A DNA stretch of 64,000 bases, taken from NCBI RefSeq assembly GCF_021028975.2, contig NC_059436.1, positions 38,812,001-38,876,000 of the forward strand, in the 5' to 3' direction. Shown piece after piece: positions 13,463 to 25,700 of the stretch. Origin of the DNA: Sphaerodactylus townsendi (taxonomy: Eukaryota). Below the pieces are notes generated by a model. That model was given only the letters and a program-made list of their open reading frames with translations, had not been told where the DNA came from and did no database searches. Position 1 is the stretch's first letter. Each line of letters starts with the position of its first letter. The translations under genes and the position numbers were made by a program.

Positions 13463-14752
13463 ATGGTTCACTTCAGGAAAAGATTATACCTGGTGATCAC
13501 CGTTTCCCTGGCCATCACTACAATAATGTTCTTCTGCCACAAGAAAATACATCTTTCTATCACGCCAGCGGTGAAGAAAAACCTCTGCCGAGGGATTCCT
13601 GCCCGTAATACCATCACACCCTTAAAAGATAAACGAACCTTCATTATTGCTCCATACTTTGACAACCGACAGAACAACATGACAAGAGTGATTGCAATAG
13701 TCCACCACAAAGAGGTCAAGGAACTCTACTGCTGGTTCTGCCACCCATCCAGTGGTGAAATATACATCTCCAAGGCTGAAATAAATGTCCACTCTGATAG
13801 ATTTGACTTTCCCTATGGTGCCACTGACTTGCGTTGCCTAGAACCAGGAGCTTGGGAGCCACATTATGTGTCAATACATTGGTCTCTTTCTGGTGATCCT
13901 GACCAGCTACCACTTTTTGAAATAAGAAACCGTGATCGTGAAGGTCCACTTGTGAATTTCACAGTCTGCATTTCCACCATGTTTGGAGGATACAACAATG
14001 TCCTGCAGTTTGTGCAGAGCATGGAGATGTATAAAATCCTTGGGGTGGACAGAGTGATGATCTACAAGAACAGCTGCAGTCCACTGATGGAAAAAGTACT
14101 GGACTTTTACATTGCAGAAGGGATTGTTGAGATAATCCCCTGGCCCATTGATTCCTACCTCAGTGTTGCTTCTCGCTGGCATCATTCAGTGGATCCCAAA
14201 GACATTGGCTACTATGGCCAAATCACAGCCTTAAATGACTGTATTTATCGCAATATGTATAGAAGCAGATATTTGCTGATGAATGACATTGATGAAATTA
14301 TTCTACCAGTGAAGTATCGAGATTGGAACACCATGATGCAGAATCTTCAGATGCAGCATCCAAAAGCTGCTGCTTTCAGCTTTGAGAACCATATTTTCCC
14401 CAAAAATGTATTCAGTCTTAATGACCCATTCAACATTTCCTCTTGGAGGACGGTACCTGGAGTTAACATTCTGCAGCACATCCTCCGCGAACCTGACAGG
14501 AAGAACATAATCAATCCTTTCAAAATGATTGTTGATCCAAGGAAAGTGGTCCAGACATCTGTCCACTCGGTTCTGCAGACGTTTGGGGACAGTGTTCATG
14601 TTTCAATGGACGTTGCCCTTGTCTATCATTGTCGTATTCCCCTACAACCACAGCTGCCTAGAAAATCCCTAATTAACGATACAACACTCTGGAGCTACAA
14701 TGTCACACTAGTTAGGAACGTCAGCAAAGTTCTACGACAGATAGGTCTATAA
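13463..14752 (+). CDS. Glycosyltransferase family 92 (DUF23) protein, galt-1-like / beta-1,4-galactosyltransferase(Gal)-like, paralogue A (429 aa, single coding exon)
   Basis: Long ORF with a short basic tail and TM anchor (RKRLYLVITVSLAITTIMFFC). GT92 hallmarks: FTVCISTMFG, YYGQITALNDCIYRNMY, DxD motif NDIDEII, VHSV and VYHCR. Strong Kozak gaaATGg, in-frame TAG at 13454-13456, and a polypyrimidine/AG acceptor ending at 13415. Confidence 0.9.
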   Translation: MVHFRKRLYLVITVSLAITTIMFFCHKKIHLSITPAVKKNLCRGIPARNTITPLKDKRTFIIAPYFDNRQNNMTRVIAIVHHKEVKELYCWFCHPSSGEIYISKAEINVHSDRFDFPYGATDLRCLEPGAWEPHYVSIHWSLSGDPDQLPLFEIRNRDREGPLVNFTVCISTMFGGYNNVLQFVQSMEMYKILGVDRVMIYKNSCSPLMEKVLDFYIAEGIVEIIPWPIDSYLSVASRWHHSVDPKDIGYYGQITALNDCIYRNMYRSRYLLMNDIDEIILPVKYRDWNTMMQNLQMQHPKAAAFSFENHIFPKNVFSLNDPFNISSWRTVPGVNILQHILREPDRKNIINPFKMIVDPRKVVQTSVHSVLQTFGDSVHVSMDVALVYHCRIPLQPQLPRKSLINDTTLWSYNVTLVRNVSKVLRQIGL

Positions 14753-14809
14753 GCAAGAAATGGATGAGGGCCAATGAACGGAAGCTCAATCTGAGAAGTT
14801 AGCCTGTCC

Positions 14810-15230
14810 TGAATAGGGTTTCATTCCTCCTGAACAAGCAGGGTTGTAACTGAGGAGTGTGGCTGGATCTCAAGGATAGTCCTGGATCCTAGGTCTCCTT
14901 TGTGGCACATAGTGGCTTTTCAACAGCTTTTGATGCACTATTTTAGAACCATTCCTCGAAAAGCATGATCTGGCCCTGCACTATTTTACAACCATTCCTC
15001 GAAAAGCATGATCTGATCCATACTCTAAATCCAGGTTAAATGACTGTAACACTATCTACATGGGGCTGCCTTTGAAATGTCAGGAACTGTGGGTCATCCA
15101 AAATACAGCAGCAAGACTACTTAGGAGCTGGGTGCAGGCATTGCATCACACTAGCGATGAAATACCTGTTTGCATTCATTTCAAGTCCCAAGTCAAAAGC
15201 CCTAAATGGCCAATTATGCACAAGATGTCT
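14810..15230 (+). mobile_element. L2 LINE remnant just downstream of GT92-A
   Basis: ccaggttaaatgactgtaacactatctacatggggctgcctttgaaa corresponds to the SRLDYCN.LYMGLPLK motif, followed by QNTAARLL. Confidence 0.6.
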
Positions 15231-16574
15231 GGTGTGCAATGGGCGTGAACATCCATCAAGGCAAGATTTCTTGTACTTATGTATTTCCTCAAGCCCTGCT
15301 TTCACTTTCCATTCTCTCTGTGGCAAGCAAGACCACTTCTTGTGCGACTTTTAATTTGCTTTGCCACCAGAGTGAGCAGATTCCCAGTAAGCACAGCTTT
15401 TGCCGTGGACATGTACCTTCCACCCATGGCTAGCCTACTAGCTTCACCCTTGCCACTCCTTTGCACCACCATCCACGCTTTCCTCCTCACCCCCCTTCCA
15501 TGTTGCTGGCTCCCTCCTGCTTCTCTAAATGCTCATATCAAGAAATCAATATCTCAATGTCGCATAATGGGGCGGAGCCTGCTCGCGACGTTAATCGTAG
15601 CTGATGCCGCTTCATTTTGATGGTATTCGCTGCGGGAGGCCGGGTTTGTTAAGCCGACGCTGCGCCTCCGGACCTCTGGAGGTCGGAGGACAGTATGGGC
15701 TGCACGCCTTCCGGCAGGCTTACCAGGAGGACACCGTACCGTGGCATGGGGAGGGAGACAGCTGCTTCAACAACAACCCTTTAAAGGGTTGTTGTTTAGG
15801 GCGGCTTCACGCCACCCTGGAGGGAGGGAAGAAGCGTCAGGTCGCCGCTGCTGTGGCTACGGCAGCGCGCGTTGCAACGTAACCGCCTGGGGTGCTCACT
15901 CTATAGGCGCCCCAGGCCGCCAAAGGGCCGCGGCAGAAACAGCCAGAGAGGGCTTTTCCAAGGAACAGTTCAAGCAGGGTCTCTTTTTGGGTCCACCTCT
16001 CCTCCCCCACTCTACTTCTGCCCTCGCCAATGACCAGGAGGGGTTTTAAAAACTTTACTTCAAATAAGCCTTCAAATAAGCAAGCCTCTCTCTTCTACAG
16101 CAGCAGGAGCAGGATATGTGTGAGAGTGGAGTGCAGAGAGAGAATATCAGCTCTATACACAGTCTCCTTCTTCAACAGTGTGGTCCAGGGAATTGCTTTG
16201 CCTCTTTCATTTAGGGAGGAGGGAGATTATTTTTAGAAAGGGCTACAATATCAATATATCGATATAGCGGTAATTAAAAGCCTTTTACAAAGCCAGCCAT
16301 CTTGAGACCAGTGAGTATGGTGAGATCTGTGCCTTTAAGTATGACTTGATGGACAGAGTTAAGACAACCAGGAAAAGCAGGCCTGAGAGAGTTCTCAGCA
16401 GAAAAACTGCACTGCAGGAGTGAGTGTCTCCTCATGTGGAGACCCTACTACAAGCCAATTTCACAGTGGAAAACCCTGAAGTAAGTGGTCCATGACTTGG
16501 AACCAGGGAATTTGAAAAACTGCCACCTCCCATATTGTTCAATCTGCCATTTTAAGAACTGTCTCATGAGGTCT

Positions 16575-17062
16575 GTTTTATTATTATATTGATACAAAAA
16601 CAGTTATACACAGCAAACAAGATCAATATGCTGGATTTTGTATTACATCACACGTCGGACACTTCCCAAGCATCAAGGACTGTGTGATGTATCGACGAAT
16701 AATGCGTGCAGAGCCAAGTAGGGTGGCCTTTTGCAGCTGACATATGGTGATTTTGTCAGTGCCTATTGTTTTTAAGTGCCGTCCAAGGTCTTTAGGCACT
16801 GTACTCAGTGTGCCGATCACCACTGCCACCACCTTTACTGGTTTGTGCCAGAGTCTTTGTAGTTCAATCCTTAAATCCTCATATCGTGTAAGTTTTTCCA
16901 GTTGTTTCTCATCAATTCTGCTGTCACCAGGAATTGCAACATCAACTATCCACACTTTCTTTTTTTCCACAATCGTGAGGTCAGGAGTATTGTGTTCCAA
17001 AACGTTGTCAGTCTGAATTCGGAAGTCCCAGAGTAGTTTTACGTGTTTATTTTCAGTGACCT
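16575..17062 (-). mobile_element. R4/Dong-clade non-LTR retrotransposon 3' fragment (restriction-like endonuclease domain)
   Basis: LWDFRIQTD..LEHNTPDLTIVEKKKVWIVDVAIPGD...EKLTRY...QLQKATLLGSARIIRRYI is the PD-(D/E)xK REL domain; AT-rich 3' tail. Confidence 0.85.
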
Positions 17063-18167
17063 TGTTGTTGTTAAATTATTATTTCGTGCCCTTTCCTTCA
17101 GATGAGAGGCAAGTGGCAACCAGGGAGTTGGCTTTTTTATGGCATCTCCCATATAGTATGCCTTTCCCCTTGAGGTTCATCTGACACCCACACTGCTCTC
17201 TTTTAAGCACCAAACCAACACGTTTCTGCTCTCCTAGGGGCTTTTAACACCACTGTGGCATGGTTCTAGTCTGAAAACTGTTATTTTAAGCTGCTCAGTG
17301 ATCTAAATCTTTATGCTGTGGCCAGGTTTATAAAGATGGGTTTTAAAGATGGATGGATTTTATTATGTTTAATTTTTGAAAGCCACCTCCCTGGAGAGGT
17401 AGCATAAAATTTTGCCACATTAATTACTCTAATAAGTTAAATACATTCATTCATTAATTCATTCATTTTGCTACGTTAATTAATTAAGGCAGCATAAAAT
17501 TTTGCTACAGTCATTAATGTAAAAGATTGTTTCATGCAATTCCAATTAATTCCTTCCCTTCGTTTCTTTTCTGGGCACTTTTAATTCCCATTGGGGGAAA
17601 AATAAATATCAAATAATTTGTGGATCGTCTCTATTGCAGTAAAGTAGTTAAACACACAAGTAGTTAAACACTGTTAGGTGTGTTCAAAGAATAGCTGGGC
17701 ATCAAGTCAATTTATGCACTAATAGTACGTATATATTGGTTGGTTCTGAGGCCTTCTAACGTAATTTCCTAGAGCTATTGATAACTGAATGAGCAGATTT
17801 TGCACAATTCCTGAGAATTTCTATAAAAATCTTTCTCTATTTTGATATAGTATCTATCCTATGAGCACATGTATATCTTGTGTTTGCAAGTTTTGCTGCT
17901 TACGACTGCAAGCTAGCTTCCTGTTTTTCAACTATAAGCAGGCATCCTGTCTTTCTTATTTTTTTACAGTTGCTTCCTATATCCCTGTGATGGATAAGAT
18001 ATATATTGATCAAATTTTAAAAGCTTGGTAAATGTAATGTGCAGAAACATCCGCACCCACCCACAACCACACTCCCCATGGCTTTTTCTACATCTGAAAA
18101 GGCATGGGGAGGGGGGAAGATCTCCTGGCGCCACCTAATCTCAGTCAGGGTCATGCAGCAATTTTTA

Positions 18168-18461
18168 AAGAAGAAGAGTTTGGATTTATATCCCCCCTTT
18201 CTCTCCTATAGGAGACTCAAAGGGGCTTACAATCTCCTTGCCCTTCCCCCCTCACAACAAACACCCTGTGAGGTGGGTGGGGCTGAGAGAGCTCCGAGAA
18301 GCTGTGACTAGCCCAAGGTCACCCAGCTGGCGTGTGTGGGAGTGTACAGGCTAAGCTGAATTCCCCAGATAAGCATCCACAACTCAAGCAGCAGAGCGGG
18401 GAATCAAACCCGGTTCCTCCAGATCAGAGTGCATCTGCTCTTAGCCACTATGCCACTGCTG
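18168..18461 (-). mobile_element. Squam3-like SINE
   Basis: Reverse complement of the 36673 copy, with (aag)n tail. Confidence 0.85.
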
Positions 18462-19366
18462 TTCACGCGAATCCTGGTGGTTTCTCCAGAGCCCAGGAAT
18501 CCAATTCCCATCAGCCTTTCTGTCAGCATGGCCAATTGGCCATGCTGGTAGGGGCTGATGGGAATTGTAGTTCCTGAACATCTGAGCCGCAGGTTCCCTA
18601 CCCCTGCTAGCTAACGCCCACTGCTGCTCTCTTAAAGAACTACAAATGGCAGCAGTGACCACGGGATGGACTCATGGCCTCTTTTCACTTGTATTTTGGC
18701 CTTTGTGTATGTTCAGTCAAGTCACTTCAAACTCATGGCAACTCTATGCATCAGTGTCCTCCAAAACCTTATGTCCTTCTAGGCATCAATGTCCCCTGCT
18801 GACCAACAGAGGGAGCAGCAACTCTTATCTTGTCAGTAAAAAAAACTGGAAGTGCACCTTCTGGTCATAGAACAAAGAAAGGAGTTGTAGTTGCTGCCAG
18901 TTTATTTTTCAGTGGCTTGAAATAAAGCATGTAAGCCTGGACCTCCATTTTCTTTGAATGACCCATGAAAACTAGTGTTGCCAACCTCCAGGTGGCACCT
19001 GGATGTCTCCTGCTATTACAATTGATCCTCAATGACTAAAATCAGTTTCCTGGGAGAGAATGGGTGCTTTGGAGGGTGGCGCTATACTTTGCTGAGGTGC
19101 TACAGGATTCGGGATCTGCCGCCCCTTGGCCAAGAGGGCAAGATGGAGGCCTGGGGAAGCGGGACAGGGTGCCCAGGAGGTGATGCTCCGGAGCAGCCTG
19201 CCCGGGGACCAGAAGAGGGGCGGGTCACCTGCCAGAGTGCCGCCCCCTCCTCCAGGCTGCTAGAAGGTGGGGCAGGAAGGTTCCCTCCTCCCCACAGCTC
19301 CTCCATCACTGGACTTCACTGGCAGCCTGCCCTGCTGACTGGGGGTCATCCAGGGTTGGCACTTCT

Positions 19367-20439
19367 TGTTACCGCCACAGGAGAATAACAAAATATTTTC
19401 CTGAGTCAGGTTGCCTGGCTACACTGGCTCCATGCCCGGACGCGGAGACTTGTGTTGTTTAGAAGCCTCCATAAGGTTCACAGAGAACATATATGTGTGT
19501 TTGTGCCAATGTTATATGGTTTCCCTCTTGTTTATGTCTTTCTAGGATGTAATAAAAACCCCTCTTGGTTGAGTTTATGCCTGCAGTTTAGGATTTTAGT
19601 TTAACAAGGTTCTTCAGTTAGTTAAAGGTCTTGTCAGATTTAAGCAAGCCATGCCAATAAATATATGTAAAGTCTTGCCTATGAGTACAAGTATATGTGT
19701 TTATCCTTTAAGGTTTCCCTAACGTTTAAGTTTAGAAATGTTTAGAAATGTCATTTTTGAAATTTGTGTCTGATGGCCAAAAGCAGTGGCCAGAAAGGTT
19801 GATATTAAGGGACAAGAAGCTGGCTCTGGAATGCAGCTTAGACCAACACCCAGCCGACACTTGGACAAAGACAAAGACAAAGACCCTCTTTGGACTTGCA
19901 AATCGAATCTGCTGCCAGCACCCAAAGGTCCCCAGCTGTTGGAAAATGTGCGGGGACCTCCATTGGACAGTTTGAACTTTTCTTTGTTACAGCGATGCGA
20001 GGCGGGAGCCCCAGGGTATTTCTAAGAGTACAGTTATCTGATAAGGGACTTAGCTGGGTACGGCAATAAGCCCACCTGAATGAATGTTATCTGCTTTCCG
20101 TTCAGCACCTGTGCGAGGTCTCACGGGAAGACACCTGACAGTGAGATTTGTAAACTCTTTCAGAAGTTGTAAATGTATCTTGTTTGTGTGATGTTTGTTG
20201 TGATTGGTGTTTGGGTGAGGGACTCGCCCCCTCACCTCCCACTTCCCTGCCCCTTGACCCGCTTTGACATTTGGGAATAAAAGTTCTTGCACTGTGTTGC
20301 AAGGCGCGATTCTCTCCTGACCGAGCTGTGACCACCACTTGCAATAAAATCCTTTTTGCATGAAGAACATCGGCTTCCTGCGCCTCATTAAGTTGCTGAG
20401 CTGAAATCACTCATTGTTACCTGGCAAACAGCGGTAACA
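19367..20439 (+). mobile_element. Solo LTR (~1.07 kb) of an LTR retrotransposon/ERV
   Basis: TG...CA ends with terminal inverted TGTTACCGC/GCGGTAACA, 4-bp TSD TTCT (19363-66 and 20440-43), and internal AATAAA near 20276 and 20343. Confidence 0.75.
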
Positions 20440-20984
20440 TTCTTAGCCAGGGCTATTGTGGTACACCACTGCCTCTAGGGCTCCACTTTCCCTAGATTTT
20501 CTGTCGGGGGTGGGGCGGAAAACTCAGTTCTTGCCCCAGGCTTCATTTTCTGTTGATACGCCACTGCCAAGGTCCCTTTGGGTGTATAAAAATAATGTGC
20601 CATCCAGTTGCAACTGACTTACAGCAACCCTGGGTTTTCAGGGCAAGAGATTAACAGACCAAACATGCTTAGCTGCCAAGGTCTGGCAAGATTGTGTATA
20701 GAGCAACATATTTTCCAGCTTCTGTATGCATGATCAGAAACCCTTTTTTTTAGGCTAACCATTTGCACATAACAAAGTTGAAGACCTGCGCATTGCTTAG
20801 TTCACACAACGTCTTGACTGTACATATGGGAAGAACTGCAGGTAGTGGATTCCTCCCGTTATGCAATTTTGGAGTGTTAAAACACAACGAGTGATTTTAA
20901 TTCTGTTACCAAGCATAAATATCAGTTAGCGGTTTTCAGAGCTGTGTGTCAGTGTTCAGAGAATCTTGTTAACATTGTTGCCAG

Positions 20985-21210
20985 CATCTGTGGCTGGCAT
21001 CTTCAGAGATGTATCACAGAGAGAAGTCTGTTATGAGAGAAGTCTGGACACAGTGTATAGCAGACTTCTCTCTGTGATACACCTTTGAAGATGTCAGCCA
21101 CAGATGCAGGCGAAACGGTAGGAACAAGATCTACCAGACCATGGCCACACAGCCTGGAAAACCCACAACAACCAGTTGATTCCGGCCATGAAAGCCCTCG
21201 ACAATACATA
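20985..21210. mobile_element. Penelope-like terminal element (partial palindrome)
   Basis: Same family: gcatctgtggctggcatcttcaga ... gatgcaggcgaaacgg ... gaaagccctcgacaata. Confidence 0.75.
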
Positions 21211-21716
21211 AATATCAATGTTTATGTTAGCATTTGAATTGTTAGCATTACAATTATTCATGTGATATGAACAACATTTTAGGTTTGGTAGATCGGTAGG
21301 ATGCTTTGAGCCTTTGATTGATGCAAGCAGAATTTGTGTCATTGGAAGTCTCTTTGTGCTGGAGGAAAGCACCACCTTTGAGCTGAGCTTTCAGTGATCA
21401 TTGTTGATCAGGATAACAAGAAGGCGGCCAGAGATGTCAAAAATCCAACCAGGACTGAGAGGAACTGGTGTGGGCAGAGATGAGTGGAGCAGCTCCATTT
21501 TTGAAGCAGTGCTGGCCCCCTTTGCTCACGGGCTTTCACCTCATCAGGAAGGCACACAGATATTCGGTTAGTTTTATCCGAGATATATAGTTTTCTTTTA
21601 GCTTTAACTCAATCGTTGATGAAAGTCCCCTGGTCCTGCTTCAGGTCGGGCGAGAAAGAAAGAAAGAAAAGAAAAGAAGATTGTCCAGGGGAAGAGGTAT
21701 AGTGCCAAGCGCTAAG

Positions 21717-21717
21717 C

Positions 21718-21781
<64 letters not shown>

Positions 21782-21868
21782 AACAGAAAATAAGACATGG
21801 AATAAGAAATGGAAACAGGAATAAGACATGGAAACAGGAATAAGACATGGAAACAGAAAATAAGAGAA
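21717..21868. repeat. (GAAA)n microsatellite followed by a ~20-bp minisatellite (aataagacatggaaacagga)
   Basis: Read directly from the sequence. Confidence 0.9.
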
Positions 21869-22633
21869 ATGTTCCTTTGCCATCAGCTGCCTGTCAGATT
21901 CTGCTGGGGCCCAGTCTGAGTCGTGTGCTGTTTCACCCTCCAACTTCATGGCTGTTTTTAGTTGGGCAAGTACTCCAGGAAACAGCCTCAGAGTAGAGTA
22001 AGAAGAGGGTGTTTCTCTTCACCCAATTTCTCCACTCTGCTCTGCTGTTTACCTATTCCCAACCTGCCTTGGAATGGGTCTAACTTTTCCCTGGGATAAG
22101 TGTGGGGGCAGAGGCGTCAACCCCAGACACTCCCTTTTCCATGCGATTTTTTTGCTGCCTCACCCAGCCAGGAAGGCTGACTATGACCTTGAGAGTATCT
22201 CTGAGTGTGTCTTTCTATCTTCCCTTCAGTGATTACTTCACAGCATTCTTGCTTAAGCGTTGGCCTCTGAAAAAGACCAGCAGATGCAACTGATACCTCC
22301 CCACAGCTTCCCCTGAGTTGTGCAAGGAACGCAGAGTTGAAACCCAGAACAAGTATGGCTGGTTTGGTCTATGTGCACAAAAACATCACTGCAATGTCCC
22401 CATCTATATCCAGATGAAGAGGTGACTATAAAACATTTGCTTTCCTTAACAACTACCAACAAATCTGTTGGACAGAGCAGGCTTTGTGTTGGCTGCCCCT
22501 AGGCTAATTGAGGTACAGAAAGACAGCAAAGGGAGAGGCTATGCATTTATCCAAGAGTACACACTTGCTTTTTGGGTTACTCAAACTCCTAGAGATTGCA
22601 TGAAGTGCTGCAGCTCACCCCACCAAGTGCAGC

Positions 22634-22792
22634 NNNNNNNNNNNNNNNNNNNNNNNNNNNNNNNNNNNNNNNNNNNNNNNNNNNNNNNNNNNNNNNNNNN
22701 NNNNNNNNNNNNNNNNNNNNNNNNNNNNNNNNNNNNNNNNNNNNNNNNNNNNNNNNNNNNNNNNNNNNNNNNNNNNNNNNNNNNNNNNNNNN
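22634..22792. other. Assembly gap (159 N)
   Basis: Run of N. Confidence 1.
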
Positions 22793-25700
22793 GGAAAATA
22801 AGGACCAGGGGGGAGGGGACTTTAAATCCAGCAATTAATTAAAGCTAAAAAGAAAAATATATATATATATAAAGCGGAGACAAAAATTTAACAACAGCGG
22901 AGGAGGGTATACACATAAATTTCTATAATTGGTTTCCAAATATCTGGCTTAATAAATATTTCACTCTATCTTGCAAAGTTACTTTGTTTATTTCTCTAAG
23001 CTTCTCCTGGCTTTACAACCATCCCATTCATTAGCACGAGCACTAGCTTTTCCTTGATTGATATGAAGATTTTCTGATAATTCAGCCATCATCTGATTTT
23101 TAAAAAAATCTCCCCATTAAGAAGAGAAAACATCATTAAAAAGGGAAACATTAAAAAGCCACAAACCGGGTGACCTAACCCAGTCCGGAAACCAAAATAC
23201 TAATGAGATGGAGGTGTCAGAAATAACATCTATATCACAGGCAATAAGGTGAGGCATTAGAGAAGATGAAACAAGAAAATAATCTAACTGGAAATGGTAA
23301 TGATGCAGAAGGAATAAAAGTATAATCTTTGTCCATCGGGTGCAGTGTACACCAGGGAGCAATCAAGTCTAGTTCAGCCATACGGGCTTTGAGATTTGAT
23401 CATACAGAAGAATATTCCTTGTGTGGAAGTATGCTTAAGACGACAAATATAATTAGTATGCCATTAAAAATCTCCCCACCACCACGATCACCACCGCCAC
23501 CACGTAGCTACTTGGTAAATTTTACATATGACTGAAACATTGATGAAATGCGTTTGGAGAATCCACACCTGGCTGTTAGAGATTGTATCTAGTTGATTGA
23601 GATGCATTCCTAACCCAATTTATTTGCTATAAGATATATGTAACCAGCCTGCTATATGTTACCACTGCTTTACTGGGACATTCTTTCCTTGATCTTTGCT
23701 TTATGGCTTCACATGTCAAGTAGATAACTAGGAATGCCCCTGATACTTTTGGTCTCATGGGAAATGGGATTTTTCCATTGTCCTGTGGGGGCAGGAGGCC
23801 AGGTAGCTTTATTTCTGTCTATTGCTGACCTTGGTGTGCCTCAGCTCCAAAATAACTTTCACATTCTTTGGGATAACGGGAGGGGGGGGGATCTACTTCT
23901 GAATAAAAGGGATAGCAAAAGCAGGTTCGCCAGAACTGGCTTTGTCCAGGTGGGTGCTTCGATGCCTATCAATAAATGCTACTGATCAACAATACAGAGT
24001 CCATTCATTGCTACAAGGTCCGAGACCTAACACAGGCTCATCTTCCAATGTACCCAGTCGGAGCTCACTGTGTACATCAAGGGATGTACCTGGCCTGGCT
24101 TTGCCATACCCAACTCAATGAGGGAGCCTTGTCTCACTGGGACCTTCCTAACCTCATCCCACCCACTTGGTCGGGCATTTCCTGCTCAAGCAGCCTCCCC
24201 TCCCTCCTTTGGGGGAGCAGAATTGGGGGGGAACCATTTTGCACAGATATTCTCTCTTCCCACCTGCCCCTGCTTCAAACAACTTTCTCCTTATGATGCC
24301 CTCTCTTCGGATTGTCCATCTGCCAATCAGGTTCTGAGTCTAGTCTGTTGAAATGGCTTCCTAGAGAAGGCAAAGTGCAGAGGACTAAGGCTGCCAGATT
24401 TCCCCTCACTGTCACTGCCACCAGGGAATGGGGGTAGTATTGCCAGATCTGGGCTAGAAAGCCCCTGGAGGTTTGAAAATGGGGAGGACAAGAAAATAAT
24501 CTGACTGGAAATGATTATGATGCACAGAAGACCTCAGTGGGGTACCATGACCTAAAATCTACTCTCCAAAGCATCTGTTTTCTCTGGGAGAACGGATCAC
24601 TGTAATCAGGAGATAAGCTGTTGTTCTGTGGGATCTCCCAGTCCCACCTGGAGGCCGGCATTGCTACAGGAGATGCCTTCACTTTTTGCATTCAGGAAGG
24701 AGGGTAAAACAGTTTTATTTCAGAGGGTATGTTCCTCTGAACACAATCAGAACAATGAAAAGGTATTTTCCAACACTGACAATAGTGTAGTGCCAAGGGG
24801 TTAGGGAGGGGTGTGTGATGGACTGGGTGCGCAATCTGAGGGGGCATGATGAGGGCATTCTGGGGACATGGTGGGGGCCGTCATGGCACATGGAAGGCGC
24901 GTGGCAGGGGCGCAGGGCGCACATGTGCCCCAGTCACAGTTCCCCCTTGCTCCACCCCATCTCCTCAGCCCTCATCTCCTATTACCTCGCATTGGAAACA
25001 ATGGGGGATGGGCACCCCTTTGGAAATCTATAACTTTGGCCCCCCTGAACCAAACCTCACCAAATGTGGACGGTATCATCAGGACAGTCTCCGGATGACA
25101 CCCTAAAATTATGGTTCCATTAGCTTTAAAAATGCACCCGCTGCAGGCCAAAACGCAAAAAACACTAAAAATACCCCCAAAAGCATGAATACCTTTCATT
25201 CAGATTAGTTCATATTCAGGCAGGACATATTCGGCCGATTTTGGCCTGAATATGTCTGAATTTGCCCAGATTCGGGCCAAATCCAGTATTTGTTGCACCC
25301 GAATCGCCAAGCCTACTAGGAGTGCAGTTTTAAAGTTATGTGCATGACAGACTAACATTGCCAATCCCAAAATGTAATCTGGTAACCTTGGTGTGAGAAC
25401 TATATCTGAAAGGAGATTCCAAAGCTTAGTCTGAGAATCCCTGTGGGATAGAGACAAAGGTCTTCATTCTGTACAGTATAGTGGTGATGCAGCAATTGCA
25501 ATGACATCACTTCCCTTTTCTTGTCAAGTTTGCAAATTGACTGCGAATTTTTCAATTTTTTCAGTTGTCCATGTGGGGGCTACGTCTTTGAGGGTTCATA
25601 ACTTTGGCCCCCCTGAACCAAATTTCACCAAACTTGGGGGGGTGGGGGTATCATCCCAGTCTGAAATGACACCCTCACCTTTGAGAATCCAAGATTCAGC

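Noticed and set aside
21788-21868. Regularly spaced ~20-bp repeats (CRISPR-like look)
   Set aside because: No unique spacers and a eukaryotic context; ordinary minisatellite.
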